64,000 bases of DNA from Aulosira sp. ZfuVER01 (GTDB lineage Bacteria; Cyanobacteriota; Cyanobacteriia; Cyanobacteriales; Nostocaceae): positions 28,380 to 92,379 of the forward strand of contig JAVRCV020000080.1 of assembly GCA_034530615.2 (NCBI GenBank), in the 5' to 3' direction. Below the pieces are notes generated by a model that was given only the letters and a program-made list of their open reading frames with translations, was not told where the DNA came from and made no database searches. This document shows positions 9,637 through 20,457 of this stretch, in pieces. The translations under genes and the position numbers were made by a program. The first letter of the stretch is position 1. Each line of letters starts with the position of its first letter.

Positions 9637-10917
9637 GTGCTGGATATTAAGCAAATAAGGGAAAATCCCCAATTAATTCAGGAACGCTTGAATACTCGTA
9701 GTGGTAAATACGATATTCAGCCAATATTAGAGTTAGACCAAAAACAGAGAGAATTGGAGGCTACACGCAATCAGCTCCAAGCTCGAAGCAATGAAATTGG
9801 TAAAATTGTCGGACAAAAGATAAAATCTGGAACCAATCCTCAAGCTCCAGAAATTCAATCTTTGCGGGATGAGGGTAACTCCATCAAAAGTCAATTGAGC
9901 GAACTAGAGCCGCAAGAAAAAGCACTGAAAGCTGAAATTGAGGAACTGGTGCTGGCACTCCCCAACTTACCTAGCGACTCCACACCCATCGGCAAGAGTG
10001 AAGAAGATAATCTAGAAGTTCGCCGTTGGGGTGATGAATACATTCCTCAGAACCAGAATATTCTTCCCCATTGGGAAATTGGTGAAAAGCTGGGTATTCT
10101 GAATGTGGCGCGGGCTGTCAAAGTTGCCCAAAGTCGCTTTGTTAATCTCATCGGTGCTGGTGCGGCTTTAGAAAGGGCATTAATTCAATTTATGCTGGCG
10201 CGTCAGACTGAAGCTGGTTATCTAGAAGTCAGTCCGCCAATTTTGGTAAATACTGAATCTTTGACAGCAACCGGTCAGTTACCTAAGTTTGCTGAAGAAA
10301 GCTTTAAATGTGCTGATGATGATTTGTGGCTAATTCCGACAGCAGAAGTTCCAGTTACTAACCTCTACCGGGGAGAAATCCTAGCTGCTGAAGATTTGCC
10401 TATCTACCATTGTGCTTATACTCCCTGTTTTCGTCGCGAGGCTGGGAGTTATGGGCGGGATATGCGGGGATTAATTCGCCTGCATCAATTCAACAAAGTG
10501 GAATTGGTGAAATTTGTCCATCCCAGCAGTTCTTTTGAAGAACTAGAAAAACTGGTGGGAAATGCAGAAGCTATTTTACAAGCGTTGCAATTACCTTACC
10601 GAGTAATCAATTTATGCACTGGTGATTTAGGATTTTCCTCCACTAAAACCTATGATTTAGAGGTTTGGCTACCCTCCTCTGGTAAATACCGAGAAATTTC
10701 CAGCTGTTCCAATTTTATAGACTTTCAAGCACGAAGGGCTGATATTCGCTTTAAAGAAGCAGGGAAAAAAGGTACTCAGTTTGTACATACCCTAAATGGT
10801 TCTGGCTTGGCTGTGGGACGGACAATGGCAGCAATTTTGGAGAATTATCAACAACCAGATGGAACGGTACGGATACCAGAAGTACTGCAACCTTACTTAG
10901 GGCGTGAGGTGTTGTAG
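9637..10917 (+). CDS. serS: Serine--tRNA ligase (likely start GTG 9637)
   Basis: [31 protein letters not shown]. Confidence 0.97.
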   Translation: MLDIKQIRENPQLIQERLNTRSGKYDIQPILELDQKQRELEATRNQLQARSNEIGKIVGQKIKSGTNPQAPEIQSLRDEGNSIKSQLSELEPQEKALKAEIEELVLALPNLPSDSTPIGKSEEDNLEVRRWGDEYIPQNQNILPHWEIGEKLGILNVARAVKVAQSRFVNLIGAGAALERALIQFMLARQTEAGYLEVSPPILVNTESLTATGQLPKFAEESFKCADDDLWLIPTAEVPVTNLYRGEILAAEDLPIYHCAYTPCFRREAGSYGRDMRGLIRLHQFNKVELVKFVHPSSSFEELEKLVGNAEAILQALQLPYRVINLCTGDLGFSSTKTYDLEVWLPSSGKYREISSCSNFIDFQARRADIRFKEAGKKGTQFVHTLNGSGLAVGRTMAAILENYQQPDGTVRIPEVLQPYLGREVL

Positions 10918-11102
10918 TCATTGGTATTTGTCATTTGTCACTCGTTATTAGTACAAACAGTTCTAATGGCTTATATCTAATTGACTATTGACTATTGACC
11001 ACAAGAGGGAAAATCTTCAATTCAAACCAGTCAAAGCCAATGCTAGCGATTGACACAATTTAGAATGGAGATAAGTATATAGCTTAATATCTTGTTTGAT
11101 CT

Positions 11103-12200
11103 ATGTCAGTTTTAGCAGCGATCGCAGTTTTGGCTGTTTTGATCTTGGTACACGAACTAGGACATTTCATTGCAGCACGTTCTCAGGGCATTCATGTTAA
11201 CCGTTTTTCTTTAGGTTTTGGCCCGGTTCTTTGGAAATACCAAGGTCCAGAAACCGAATATGCTATTCGCGCTTTTCCTTTGGGTGGCTTTGTTGGCTTT
11301 CCCGATGATGACCCAGATAGCGATATTCCCCCCAACGACCCGAATTTATTGCGTAATCGTCCCATATTAGACCGGGCGATCGTCATTAGTGCGGGTGTGA
11401 TCGCAAATTTAATATTTGCCTATTTGCTGTTGGTGGGACAAGTTGGTTTTGTTGGTGTCGGACAAGCCAGCCAACCAGGGGTTTTAATCCAACAGTTAGC
11501 ACCAGATGTTAGCGATGTCGCAGCTAACGCTGGAATTAAGCCAGGAGATGTGATTGTAGCGGCTAATCAAAGACAATTTGGTACTTCTCTGCAAGAGATA
11601 GACGCTTTTAGAGACTTAATTAAAACTAGTGCAGGTAAGCCAGTTCAACTGGAAATTGCCCGTGGTGAGCAAAAACTATCGGTAAACGTGGTTCCAGAAG
11701 CCAAATCCAATGGCGGTACGATTGGAATTGGATTGTCTCCCAATGGTAAAGTTGAGCGTCGTCCCATTGCTAATCCTATAGAAGCGTTGAAAGTTGGTGC
11801 TACAGAATTTCAGCGCATTGTACTGATGACATTTAAAGGTTTTGGACAACTAATTACCAACTTTGGTGAAACGGCTAGCCAAGTAGCTGGCCCAATTAAA
11901 ATTGTAGAAATTGGTGCTAACATTGCCCAAAATGATACAGGCAGTCTGTTCTTCTTTGCGGCACTGATCAGTATTAACTTGGCAATCATCAACATTTTGC
12001 CTCTACCAGCTTTAGATGGCGGACAACTGGCTTTTCTATTGATTGAAGGTTTGCGCGGTAAGCCCTTACCTACCAAAATTCAAGAAGGTGTTATGCAAAC
12101 TGGTTTGGTGCTACTGTTAGGACTAGGAATTTTTCTGATTGTTAAAGAAACTACTCAGTTAACAACACAGTTAGAGTGGGTACAAAAATTGTTCCAGTGA
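11103..12200 (+). CDS. rseP: RIP metalloprotease RseP
   Basis: HELGH, PDZ domain, NILPLPALDGG. Confidence 0.93.
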   Translation: MSVLAAIAVLAVLILVHELGHFIAARSQGIHVNRFSLGFGPVLWKYQGPETEYAIRAFPLGGFVGFPDDDPDSDIPPNDPNLLRNRPILDRAIVISAGVIANLIFAYLLLVGQVGFVGVGQASQPGVLIQQLAPDVSDVAANAGIKPGDVIVAANQRQFGTSLQEIDAFRDLIKTSAGKPVQLEIARGEQKLSVNVVPEAKSNGGTIGIGLSPNGKVERRPIANPIEALKVGATEFQRIVLMTFKGFGQLITNFGETASQVAGPIKIVEIGANIAQNDTGSLFFFAALISINLAIINILPLPALDGGQLAFLLIEGLRGKPLPTKIQEGVMQTGLVLLLGLGIFLIVKETTQLTTQLEWVQKLFQ

Positions 12201-12865
12201 TCGCTACTCGCAAACCATCATCCAAAAAGCAACGAGCGCTTGAAATTCTTACTCGCTTGAAGCGTCTGTATCCAGATGCAACTTGCTCTTTGAACTACTC
12301 AACACCTGTGCAGCTTTTAGTAGCAACTATTTTATCTGCACAGTGTACAGATGAAAGAGTCAATAAAGTTACACCAGCTTTATTTAGCCGCTTTCCTGAT
12401 GCTGGGAGTTTGGCAAATGCTGATTTGGCAGAGTTGGAAGAATTGGTACGTTCGACAGGGTTTTATCGCAATAAAGCCAAGAATATTCAAGCCGCTTGTC
12501 GGATGATTGTTACAGAGTTTGATTCTCTAGTTCCCAACCAAATGGAGCAGCTGTTACGCCTTCCAGGTGTAGCAAGAAAGACAGCTAACGTAGTTTTAGC
12601 TCATGCTTATGGCATTAATGCTGGAGTGACTGTTGATACTCATGTTAAGCGCCTCAGCAATCATTTGGGTTTAACAAAACATACAGACCCAGTTCACATT
12701 GAGCAAGATTTAATGAAGTTATTGCCACAAGCAGATTGGGAAAATTGGTCAATTCGATTGATTTATCACGGACGAGCTATCTGTAAAGCTCGTTCTCCCC
12801 TATGTGTTGCTTGTGAATTGGCAGATTTGTGCCCAGATGCTAATAAGCCAACAGTGGTAGGTTAA
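12197..12865 (+). CDS. nth: Endonuclease III
   Basis: LSAQCTD, HhH LPGVARKTAN, C-terminal 4Fe-4S cysteine motif; GTGA overlap with the rseP stop. Confidence 0.95.
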   Translation: MIATRKPSSKKQRALEILTRLKRLYPDATCSLNYSTPVQLLVATILSAQCTDERVNKVTPALFSRFPDAGSLANADLAELEELVRSTGFYRNKAKNIQAACRMIVTEFDSLVPNQMEQLLRLPGVARKTANVVLAHAYGINAGVTVDTHVKRLSNHLGLTKHTDPVHIEQDLMKLLPQADWENWSIRLIYHGRAICKARSPLCVACELADLCPDANKPTVVG

Positions 12866-12961
12866 GCTATATTAGCAGCCCTAGAATTACAGGAATACAG
12901 GTTAAAAACCTTTCCTAACTGTAGAATGGAAAATGCTGTCTTTAAATAAATTAGAGAATGT

Positions 12962-13264
12962 ATGGCCAAGAAGAGCATGATTGAGCGCGAGAAAAAACGC
13001 GCCAAGTTAGTAGAAAAGTATGCCGAAAAGCGGGAAGCATTGCAGATAGACTTCCAAAATGCCGAATCGCCCCTAGACAAGCTAGAAATTCACCGGAAAA
13101 TTCAACAATTACCCCGTAATAGCGCACCTAGCCGTCGCCGCAACCGTTGTTGGGTAACAGGTCGTCCTAGAGGTGTTTATCGTGACTTTGGGCTGTCTCG
13201 GAACGTTCTACGGGAATGGGCGCACGAAGGCCTGTTACCTGGAGTGGTTAAATCTAGCTGGTAG
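12962..13264 (+). CDS. rpsN: 30S ribosomal protein S14
   Basis: [10 protein letters not shown]...LPGVVKSSW. Confidence 0.98.
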   Translation: MAKKSMIEREKKRAKLVEKYAEKREALQIDFQNAESPLDKLEIHRKIQQLPRNSAPSRRRNRCWVTGRPRGVYRDFGLSRNVLREWAHEGLLPGVVKSSW

Positions 13265-13305
13265 TCATTGGTCATTGGTCATTAGTCATTAGTCATTGGT
13301 TATTT
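13264..13305. repeat. STRR heptamer tandem repeat GTCATT(G/A) x5-6
   Basis: Seen directly; related heptamer runs at about 10917-11000, 18085-18155 and 47530-47590. Confidence 0.85.
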
Positions 13306-13326
13306 ACTAAAGGCAAATGGCAAAGA

Positions 13327-13656
13327 TCATTGACCGCAACACTTATCAATTCCCAGACTTTCTAAGAGTAGATCGCTGACAGCGTTAGCGATCGCAAACT
13401 CTCCATAAAAGCTTTTAGAAAAATCAAACGCCTGCATTTCTGTGACAATGGCAATTACCAGAGAGCCGAGGTCGTTTTCTCCTTCCATGCGTTGGCGCAT
13501 AAAAATCTGGGCGGCGCGTTGGGCAATTTTTTGATTGACTATTTCTGGGAGAAATTCTGCATCCAGCCACCGCAGCAGGCGTTGTTGCAGCCATTCGCCT
13601 TCAAGCTGGGGATTTTCAGATGGTGGTAGGGTGATGGGTGGAATTGGTTCTGTCAT
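13327..13656 (-). CDS. Conserved cyanobacterial hypothetical protein
   Basis: WLDAEFLPE...RQRMEGENDLGSL...FAIANAVSDLL; likely start MTEPIPP. Confidence 0.75.
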   Translation of the reverse strand: MTEPIPPITLPPSENPQLEGEWLQQRLLRWLDAEFLPEIVNQKIAQRAAQIFMRQRMEGENDLGSLVIAIVTEMQAFDFSKSFYGEFAIANAVSDLLLESLGIDKCCGQ

Positions 13657-13750
13657 TTTTTTAAACGCAGAGGAATGCAACGGTAAATGCTAAGGAACGC
13701 AGAGGATGACTGTTAACAGCAAATTGCGTTCTTAGTAAGCTTTTTTAATT

Positions 13751-14338
13751 GTGATCGTCACTATGGAATATGATATCGCTGCTATTATTCAGGGTTACGC
13801 TCAAGGCTATTTTCTCATGGCTGACGACAGCGATGGCTTGGGCTGGTATGGTAGTCGCGATCGCACATTAATTCCTTTAGATGAAAGATTTCGCTATCCT
13901 AAATCCTTACGGCGTGTTTTGAATCAAGAGCGGTTTACAGTTGCAATTAATCGTGATTTTAAAGCAGTAGTAGCTGGGTGTGCTAACCGCGACACAACTT
14001 GGATTTCACCAGAATTACAAAAGATTTATTGGTTACTCTACCAGAGAGGTTACGCTCATAGTTTTGAAACTTGGCAAGGTGACGAACTCGCTGGCGGAAT
14101 TTTAGGGATTGCGATCGCCGGTGCTTTCATTGGAGAATCCATGTTTTACCAAATTCCTGAAGGCTCCAAAGTAGCAATGGTGAAATTGGTAGAGAGATTG
14201 CAACAGAGGCAATTTGTGCTGTTTGATGCACAAATGATGAATCCTCATTTAGAAAGATTTGGTGCTTATCGTGTTAGCGATGAAGAATATCAAGCCCTAC
14301 TCAATAAAGCATTGCAACGCAACTGTTATTTAATATAA
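13751..14338 (+). CDS. aat: Leucyl/phenylalanyl-tRNA--protein transferase
   Basis: [38 protein letters not shown]. Confidence 0.93.
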   Translation: MIVTMEYDIAAIIQGYAQGYFLMADDSDGLGWYGSRDRTLIPLDERFRYPKSLRRVLNQERFTVAINRDFKAVVAGCANRDTTWISPELQKIYWLLYQRGYAHSFETWQGDELAGGILGIAIAGAFIGESMFYQIPEGSKVAMVKLVERLQQRQFVLFDAQMMNPHLERFGAYRVSDEEYQALLNKALQRNCYLI

Positions 14339-14506
14339 AGAATGATAAAGTTTTTAAAAGTTAAGATAGTTTTTATCAAAAATATGTTGTGGAGATTACC
14401 CACTTTCACAAGAGCATACCGAAGCAATTTCGAGTAAAGAATGATAAACAATCAAAGCAACCAAGTGTAAATTATTTTACTTTTTTTGATATTCAATATT
14501 GAGTAA

Positions 14507-14812
14507 TTGAGTAAGTTCTTGCCAAGATGCGAAGACCAGGTTGAGATTCTCGACGTAGGAATAGAAACATCGACACTGCAAGTCGGGGTATAGTCAAAAT
14601 AACCGGATGCGAATCTCTGAGACTTTGGCAGACGGGCGTTTACTGAACGAAGAGAAACTGGTTGCTGAAAGTCCCGATATATCTTGGTTTACGCAGCACA
14701 AGAACCCTGTGGCAAAGGACTGACCAAAGCCCTGGTTACATTGCGAAGGATACTAGCAGTTGCTGACTGGGAAGGTTAGATGGTTTTGGTTATTGTGAGA
14801 ACTTAATCTCAA
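14507..14812 (+). ncRNA. Candidate ~305-nt structured non-coding RNA (strand inferred from G-U pairs)
   Basis: Closing stem 14507-14538 with 14781-14812 encloses GAGATTC/GAATCTC, CTTTGG-CAG/CTG-CCAAAG and further hairpins; no ORF; more GC-rich than the upstream flank. Confidence 0.6.
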
Positions 14813-14871
14813 GTTATTCCGAGAGTATTAGCGAGGCAGTAGTATGAGGCATCAGGAAGCAATGACAGATC

Positions 14872-15429
14872 CTAGCCTCTAGTTCCTAGTCCCTCTTCAT
14901 CCCTTCTCTCCTCCTCAACTAGCCATTGTGGTTTTTGCATAATAAATGGGAGATCTGCTCCTACAAGACCCCGCTGTATGCGTTCTGAAGTTTCACTAAA
15001 CACTACAAACAAAGGATAAACAGTATTAGCTCCTTCACTCAAAATATGATTGTGGCGATCGGGCATCAGCCACTCATAATCTTTGTCTAACAGAACTTGA
15101 GTTTGTCGCCAACGTCCCAACAAATCCGAAAAGTCTTCATGGGGACGATGAATAAAGATTAAAATCTCGGCTCCAGTTTTAACCTTCCACTCTGGATCGC
15201 ACATTAATATTGCTACATCACAGGGTAGACAAGTTGTTTGTGGAGCTGTTGTCTCAGTTTGGCGCAGACGTACAATCGGCAAAGGAATGGCGATCACACT
15301 TTCATCAGGACGGCGCAGACTGGGAATCATTTCCAGGTAAGGCCGATGCTGTTTTAATAAAGCGATCGCCGCCAGATGATGACTATATTCAGCCAAACTA
15401 GCTTCGTAATCAGATTTTTGCACAGGCAT
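14872..15429 (-). CDS. Conserved cyanobacterial hypothetical protein downstream of pilC
   Basis: HRPYLEMIPSLRRP, MCDPEWKVKTG, SDLLGRWRQTQ; likely start MPVQKS. Confidence 0.8.
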   Translation of the reverse strand: MPVQKSDYEASLAEYSHHLAAIALLKQHRPYLEMIPSLRRPDESVIAIPLPIVRLRQTETTAPQTTCLPCDVAILMCDPEWKVKTGAEILIFIHRPHEDFSDLLGRWRQTQVLLDKDYEWLMPDRHNHILSEGANTVYPLFVVFSETSERIQRGLVGADLPFIMQKPQWLVEEERRDEEGLGTRG

Positions 15430-15540
15430 TTTTCTGCAAAGGATGAAGTATGAACTCTGAAATATAAAGTAAAAATTGTTCAGTTCAAGGATGAAATATG
15501 ACTTATTAAATATTTTCATCCTTTATCCTTTAGCCTTTTT

Positions 15541-16761
15541 TTAGCCCAGCTTTTCAAATACTTTAAACATAGGCAAATACATCGCTAACAAAATCGTACC
15601 AACCATACCCCCCAAGACCACAATCATCAGAGGTTCTAAGACACTAGTTAGTGCTTTAACTGCCTGCTCAACTTCATCTTCATAAAAGTCGGCAACTTTC
15701 ATTAACATTGAATCTAATTCCCCAGTTTCTTCGCCAATACTCATCATCTGAATTGCCATAGCTGGAAACACTGCATCTTTTTGCAAAGCAACACTAATCA
15801 TGCCTCCTTGTTGAATTTCTATACGGGCTGCATCTATGGCATTAGCAACTATTTGATTACCTGATGTATCTCGGACAATTTCTAAACAAGTAAGAATCGG
15901 TACACCAGAACGAGTCAATGCTCCGAAAGTACGGCTAAAGCGAGCAACTGCGGATTTTTGAATCAAGTCACCAAACAAAGGCATTTTGAGAGAAAGGCGA
16001 TCGATAGTTTGTTTACCAACAGCAGTTTTGTAATACTGCTTATAGGCATACATAAATGCCATAATTCCAGCAATAATAACTAGAGACCAGTAACTGCGTA
16101 AGATTTCACTACAAGTCATTAAGAATTGCGTTAGAGCAGGCAATTCTATTCCTATTTCTTTAAAAATTTTGGCAAAAATTGGAATTAGAAAAACAGTCAT
16201 ACCTACAAAAATTGCGGTTGCTAAAAAACCCACAACCATAGGATAAGACAATGCAGCTTTGATTTGGTTTTGTAAACGAGCAACATCCTCTAACAACTTA
16301 GCTAGGCGATTTAATACTTCGTCTAGAACACCACCAATTTCACCAGCTTGAACCATACTGACATACAAATTATCAAAGCACTGAGGATGCTTACGCATTG
16401 AATCTGAAAGATTTGTACCAGTTTGGACATCATTGCTAATATCAGTCAAGGCTGCTTTTAATTTAGGATTGCTACACTGCTCAGACAGTACTCCCAAACT
16501 TCTGACGATCGCGACACCTGCATTTGTTAAAACGGCAAATTGACGAGAGAAGACAGCTTTATCCTTAACTGAAACCTTGACCATTGATGTCTTGAATTTT
16601 TTCAAATCAAAGCTGAGTGAGCCTTGAGATTCTTTTAATTCTTGGACAACAAAACCTTGATCTCTAAGATTTGTACGGGCTTGAGCTAGAGATTCAGCAG
16701 TAAATTTTTCAGTTCTGGATTTTCCTTGTGAGTCCCGAACACGGGCAACGTAGGTAGGCAT
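15541..16761 (-). CDS. pilC: Type IV pilus platform protein PilC
   Basis: Two GspF domains; FSRQFAVL, AGEIGGVLD, GEETGELD. Confidence 0.95.
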   Translation of the reverse strand: MPTYVARVRDSQGKSRTEKFTAESLAQARTNLRDQGFVVQELKESQGSLSFDLKKFKTSMVKVSVKDKAVFSRQFAVLTNAGVAIVRSLGVLSEQCSNPKLKAALTDISNDVQTGTNLSDSMRKHPQCFDNLYVSMVQAGEIGGVLDEVLNRLAKLLEDVARLQNQIKAALSYPMVVGFLATAIFVGMTVFLIPIFAKIFKEIGIELPALTQFLMTCSEILRSYWSLVIIAGIMAFMYAYKQYYKTAVGKQTIDRLSLKMPLFGDLIQKSAVARFSRTFGALTRSGVPILTCLEIVRDTSGNQIVANAIDAARIEIQQGGMISVALQKDAVFPAMAIQMMSIGEETGELDSMLMKVADFYEDEVEQAVKALTSVLEPLMIVVLGGMVGTILLAMYLPMFKVFEKLG

Positions 16762-16813
16762 AGTTTATAAATTCAAAATTCAAAATTTAACAAGAGTCAA
16801 TGGTTAAGGGTCA

Positions 16814-16877
16814 GTAGAGGCGGGTTTATCGATATCCTCGTTAATAATCCAGGTTTATTTGGTTAACTCGCCTCTAC
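16814..16877. repeat. GTAG-type REP-like inverted repeat between pilT and pilC
   Basis: GTAGAGGCGGGTT...AACTCGCCTCTAC. Confidence 0.6.
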
Positions 16878-16939
16878 AAGGTGCAATGTATGCGTTTTGA
16901 CTTTGGACTTTGTACTTCCCGAAATATAGTCGAGGTGAT

Positions 16940-18058
16940 TTAATGTGCTTTCGCAACAGGTTTTGCACCTGCTTGTGCCGGTGGAGCGCCACCGATCAGA
17001 CGTTGGATTTCATCAGCCTTAGAAGTCTTAGACATAGCCGCTTCAAAGGAGATAGTGCCAGCTTTATATAAATCGGCTAAAACTTTTTCTAAAGTTTGCA
17101 TACCCAATTTACCGCCAGTCTGAATGGCTGAGTAAATTTGAGATGTTTTACCCTCACGAATTAAGTTAGAAATAGCAGGAGTGATGATCATAATTTCTTG
17201 AGCCATTACCCGACCATATTCACCTGGTTTGGGGTTTTTCTTTGGTACTAAAGTTTGACTAAATACTGCCACTAATGAGTTAGATAACTGCACCCGTACC
17301 TGAGTTTGTTTTTCATGGGGGAAAACGTCGATGATCCGGTCAACCGTTTGTGCAGCAGAACTGGTGTGCAAAGTACCAAATACCAAATGTCCTGTTTCCG
17401 CAGCAGAGATAGCCAAAGAAATTGTTTCCAAGTCACGCATTTCCCCTACCAGAATAATATCTGGGTCTTCCCGCAGGGCTGCTTTCAAAGCATTAGCAAA
17501 ACTTTTCGTATCTTCACCAAGTTGTCGTTGGTGAACCAAGCTTTTAATTGGTTCGTAAACAAATTCAATAGGGTCTTCAACTGTCAAAATATGCTCTGCT
17601 CTGGTGCGGTTAATCAAGTCAATCATTGCCGCTAGAGTCGTTGTTTTACCAGAACCAGTGGGACCTGTCACCAAAATTAGCCCTCTGGGCTTTTCTGTCA
17701 TTTCCCTTACCACATCTGGCAAACCCAATTTGTCAAAGTTGGGAATCTTAGAACTTAGAGCACGCAAACAAGCAGCATAAGCACCACGATCCTTATATAC
17801 ATTGACGCGGAAACGAGCTAATCCCTTCACACCATAAGAACAATCTAGCTCCCAGGTTTGTTCTAAAGTTTTACGCTGAGTATTGTTGAGCATACTAAAG
17901 ATCAGTCTTTGGCACTGATCGGCAGTCAATACATGCTCACCTATAGGAGTAAGTTTGCCGCTGATACGGAAGTAGGGAGGTAAACCTGCGGATAAATGCA
18001 GATCCGAACCTCCCATTTCAATCAGCTGTTCCATCAAGTCTTCAATCATCATTTCCAT
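16940..18058 (-). CDS. pilT: Type IV pilus retraction ATPase PilT
   Basis: GPTGSGKTTT, ALREDPD, TLHTSSA, AISNLIRE motif. Confidence 0.96.
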   Translation of the reverse strand: MEMMIEDLMEQLIEMGGSDLHLSAGLPPYFRISGKLTPIGEHVLTADQCQRLIFSMLNNTQRKTLEQTWELDCSYGVKGLARFRVNVYKDRGAYAACLRALSSKIPNFDKLGLPDVVREMTEKPRGLILVTGPTGSGKTTTLAAMIDLINRTRAEHILTVEDPIEFVYEPIKSLVHQRQLGEDTKSFANALKAALREDPDIILVGEMRDLETISLAISAAETGHLVFGTLHTSSAAQTVDRIIDVFPHEKQTQVRVQLSNSLVAVFSQTLVPKKNPKPGEYGRVMAQEIMIITPAISNLIREGKTSQIYSAIQTGGKLGMQTLEKVLADLYKAGTISFEAAMSKTSKADEIQRLIGGAPPAQAGAKPVAKAH

Positions 18059-18154
18059 AGTTTTGCTTCCCTAGTTAATTTTTAAGTCCATAGTTAAAAG
18101 TCCATAGTCCATAGCCAAAATATTCACTCTTGACTATTGATCGATAACTGTTGA

Positions 18155-20167
18155 CTAATCAGAAAAACGAGGTGTCATACAGTAGGGGCAATCTAGCCAT
18201 TCCGGTTGTAATGTGGCATCACAAGTGCGGCAAGTTAGGCCACTCTTGCGTTTAGCTTTTAACTCAGCTTCTAAACCAGTATCAGTAAACGTCACCCGCT
18301 CGACTTCTTCCAGGGTTGTGGAACCTTGGCGTACTAAATCCAGGCTATAAGCCAACAAGGTTTTCATGCCCTCTTCTACTGCTACTTCTTTAATGCGTTC
18401 TGTTGGTGCTTCTTCGTTAATGAGGGTTTGCAAGTTTTCGGTAATTCTCATTACCTCGTAAACACCACAACGTCCCTTGTAACCAACACCATTACAAGTT
18501 GAGCAACTCTGACCTTTGGTTTTAGCTTCTGCTTGGGATTCGTTAGGCAAGCTATTAGCTTTGTAAAAAGTTACATTCACCTCTTGAGAAACTGATAGAC
18601 CGTAGCGAGCAAGTTCTTCGGGTGTGGGAGTATAAGGAATCCGACAATCAGGACAAACACGCCGTACTAAGCGCTGTGCTAGAACACCAATCAGAGAACT
18701 AGAAACCATGAACGGTTCAATGCCCATTTCTCCCAAACGAGCGATTGCTCCTGGGGCATCATTGGTATGTAAGGTGGTTAATACTAAGTGACCTGTTAAG
18801 GCTGCCTCAATTGCAGTTTTGGCTGTTTCCTTGTCTCGTGTTTCACCCACCAGTAGCACATCTGGGTCTTGTCGCAAAAAAGCTCGCAAAGCGGTAGCAA
18901 AATCCAGCCCTTTTTCCCGAATTACCTGTACTTGAGTAATCCCTGGCAAGCTGTACTCAATTGGGTCTTCCACCGTACTGATGTTAATTCCCGGATCGTT
19001 CTTTTCTGATAGGGCGGAATACAGCGAAGTTGTTTTACCAGAACCAGTTGGCCCAGTGACCAATATCAGACCGAAGGGACGACTGACCATGTCTTTAACA
19101 ATACTTAATGTCTCCTGATCGGTAATTAACTTATTCAATCCCAGTTGAGTGGAGGAGTTATCCAAAATCCGCAGACAAACCTTTTCTCCGTAGCGGCTAG
19201 GTAAGGTATTTACACGGAAATCCACTTTGCGTCCCTCAAACATCCGTCGGATACGTCCGTCTTGAGGTAGACGCCTTTCAGCAATGTCTAAGCTGGAGAT
19301 GATTTTGAACCGGGCTGTCACTGCCGGAATGATTTTTTTCGGTAGAGGGTCGAAAGCTTCACGCAGCACCCCATCCTTACGAAAGCGAATGCGGAGGTTT
19401 TCTTCTTGCGGTTCAATATGAATATCAGAAACCTTCTCATGCAAGGCTTTGGCAAGAATTCTATTGACGAGATTGATGACTGGTGCATCTTCTGCACCCT
19501 TCATCGCAGCTCCCAAGTCAGCCTCCATATCATCAGGAGCATCATCAATGTCAAGATTATTCAGATTTTCTAAATCCTGATTGATGTCTGTAAACTTTTC
19601 TTGTTCTAGATGTTTTTGCCGAATAGCGAGTTCATCTAGATATTGATTAATCAGCTGTTGGTAATCTTCTTGGGTAATTACCATGCGCTGCAATGCTAAA
19701 CCTTGTGGGCGCAAGATGCGGTTAAGGTCATCTGAAGCCTCTAGATTATCCGGATCGACCATCGCCACTAAAACGCAGGGTGGGTTTTGGTCTTCGTGTT
19801 TCGATAGTGGAATCAAACGATGGCGACGACAAATATCGACTGGGATTAGGGTTTCAATCAGCCTCCCCACCATCGTATTACCAAGCTGGTTGACTTCCGG
19901 ATCGAGGAATTCAACACCGTATAGTATTTTAAGTTCAAATAACTGCTGTTTCTTGTATTGCCTAAGTAATTCAGGTGATAGTTGTCGCCCGGTGATTGAC
20001 TCTAGCATCTCTGTTAAAGGGACGCCAGACTTGCGGCTTTCAATCAGCGCCTGCCTCATCTGTTCGCTATTAACATAGCCAGCCTGCACTAGCTTATTGC
20101 CAAAGGGCGAAAACTCTGTTTTTGTGGTAAGAGCGGTACTGCGCCGTTGCGGTGACGAGTAAGTCAT
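18155..20167 (-). CDS. pilB: Type IV pilus assembly ATPase PilB with Cys-rich C-terminus
   Basis: GPTGSGKTTS, LRQDPD, TLHTNDA, terminal CxxC...CxxC; likely start MTYSSP. Confidence 0.95.
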   Translation of the reverse strand: MTYSSPQRRSTALTTKTEFSPFGNKLVQAGYVNSEQMRQALIESRKSGVPLTEMLESITGRQLSPELLRQYKKQQLFELKILYGVEFLDPEVNQLGNTMVGRLIETLIPVDICRRHRLIPLSKHEDQNPPCVLVAMVDPDNLEASDDLNRILRPQGLALQRMVITQEDYQQLINQYLDELAIRQKHLEQEKFTDINQDLENLNNLDIDDAPDDMEADLGAAMKGAEDAPVINLVNRILAKALHEKVSDIHIEPQEENLRIRFRKDGVLREAFDPLPKKIIPAVTARFKIISSLDIAERRLPQDGRIRRMFEGRKVDFRVNTLPSRYGEKVCLRILDNSSTQLGLNKLITDQETLSIVKDMVSRPFGLILVTGPTGSGKTTSLYSALSEKNDPGINISTVEDPIEYSLPGITQVQVIREKGLDFATALRAFLRQDPDVLLVGETRDKETAKTAIEAALTGHLVLTTLHTNDAPGAIARLGEMGIEPFMVSSSLIGVLAQRLVRRVCPDCRIPYTPTPEELARYGLSVSQEVNVTFYKANSLPNESQAEAKTKGQSCSTCNGVGYKGRCGVYEVMRITENLQTLINEEAPTERIKEVAVEEGMKTLLAYSLDLVRQGSTTLEEVERVTFTDTGLEAELKAKRKSGLTCRTCDATLQPEWLDCPYCMTPRFSD

Positions 20168-20201
20168 AATTGAGCAATGGGTAGGGAAAACCTCTGAGTA
20201 A

Positions 20202-20210
20202 AGTATTCCC
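20202..20210 (-). promoter_or_regulatory. SigJ/SigF-type promoter box GGGAATACT
   Basis: Exact match 35 nt upstream of the pilB ATG; matches the Nostoc hormogonium J-box consensus. Confidence 0.7.
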
Positions 20211-20457
20211 AGGCTGTGGCATAGAATTCTCATTTACCTTGAGTAAATTCCAGCCAAAAATTTTCCTTCCTTACGAAAAATTAAACAAACTCAGAGCAAC
20301 ACGGATAATCTGTACTTTATCTGCAAGAAAAATGTTTGAGTTTTGAGAGAAAACAGATTGAAAGTCTTTGAGCTTGGTCAATGATTAAATTTTCAGTAGT
20401 TTTTAGTCAAAAAAACAACTTATAACTTAATGATGAGGCGCAAGGGATTATTGATTG

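Noticed and set aside
14760..14780. ACTGGGAAGG resembling a cobalamin riboswitch segment
   Set aside because: Other core elements (GGGAA..GGTG.AA.TCC, GCAACTGT) are absent and there is no downstream co-oriented gene
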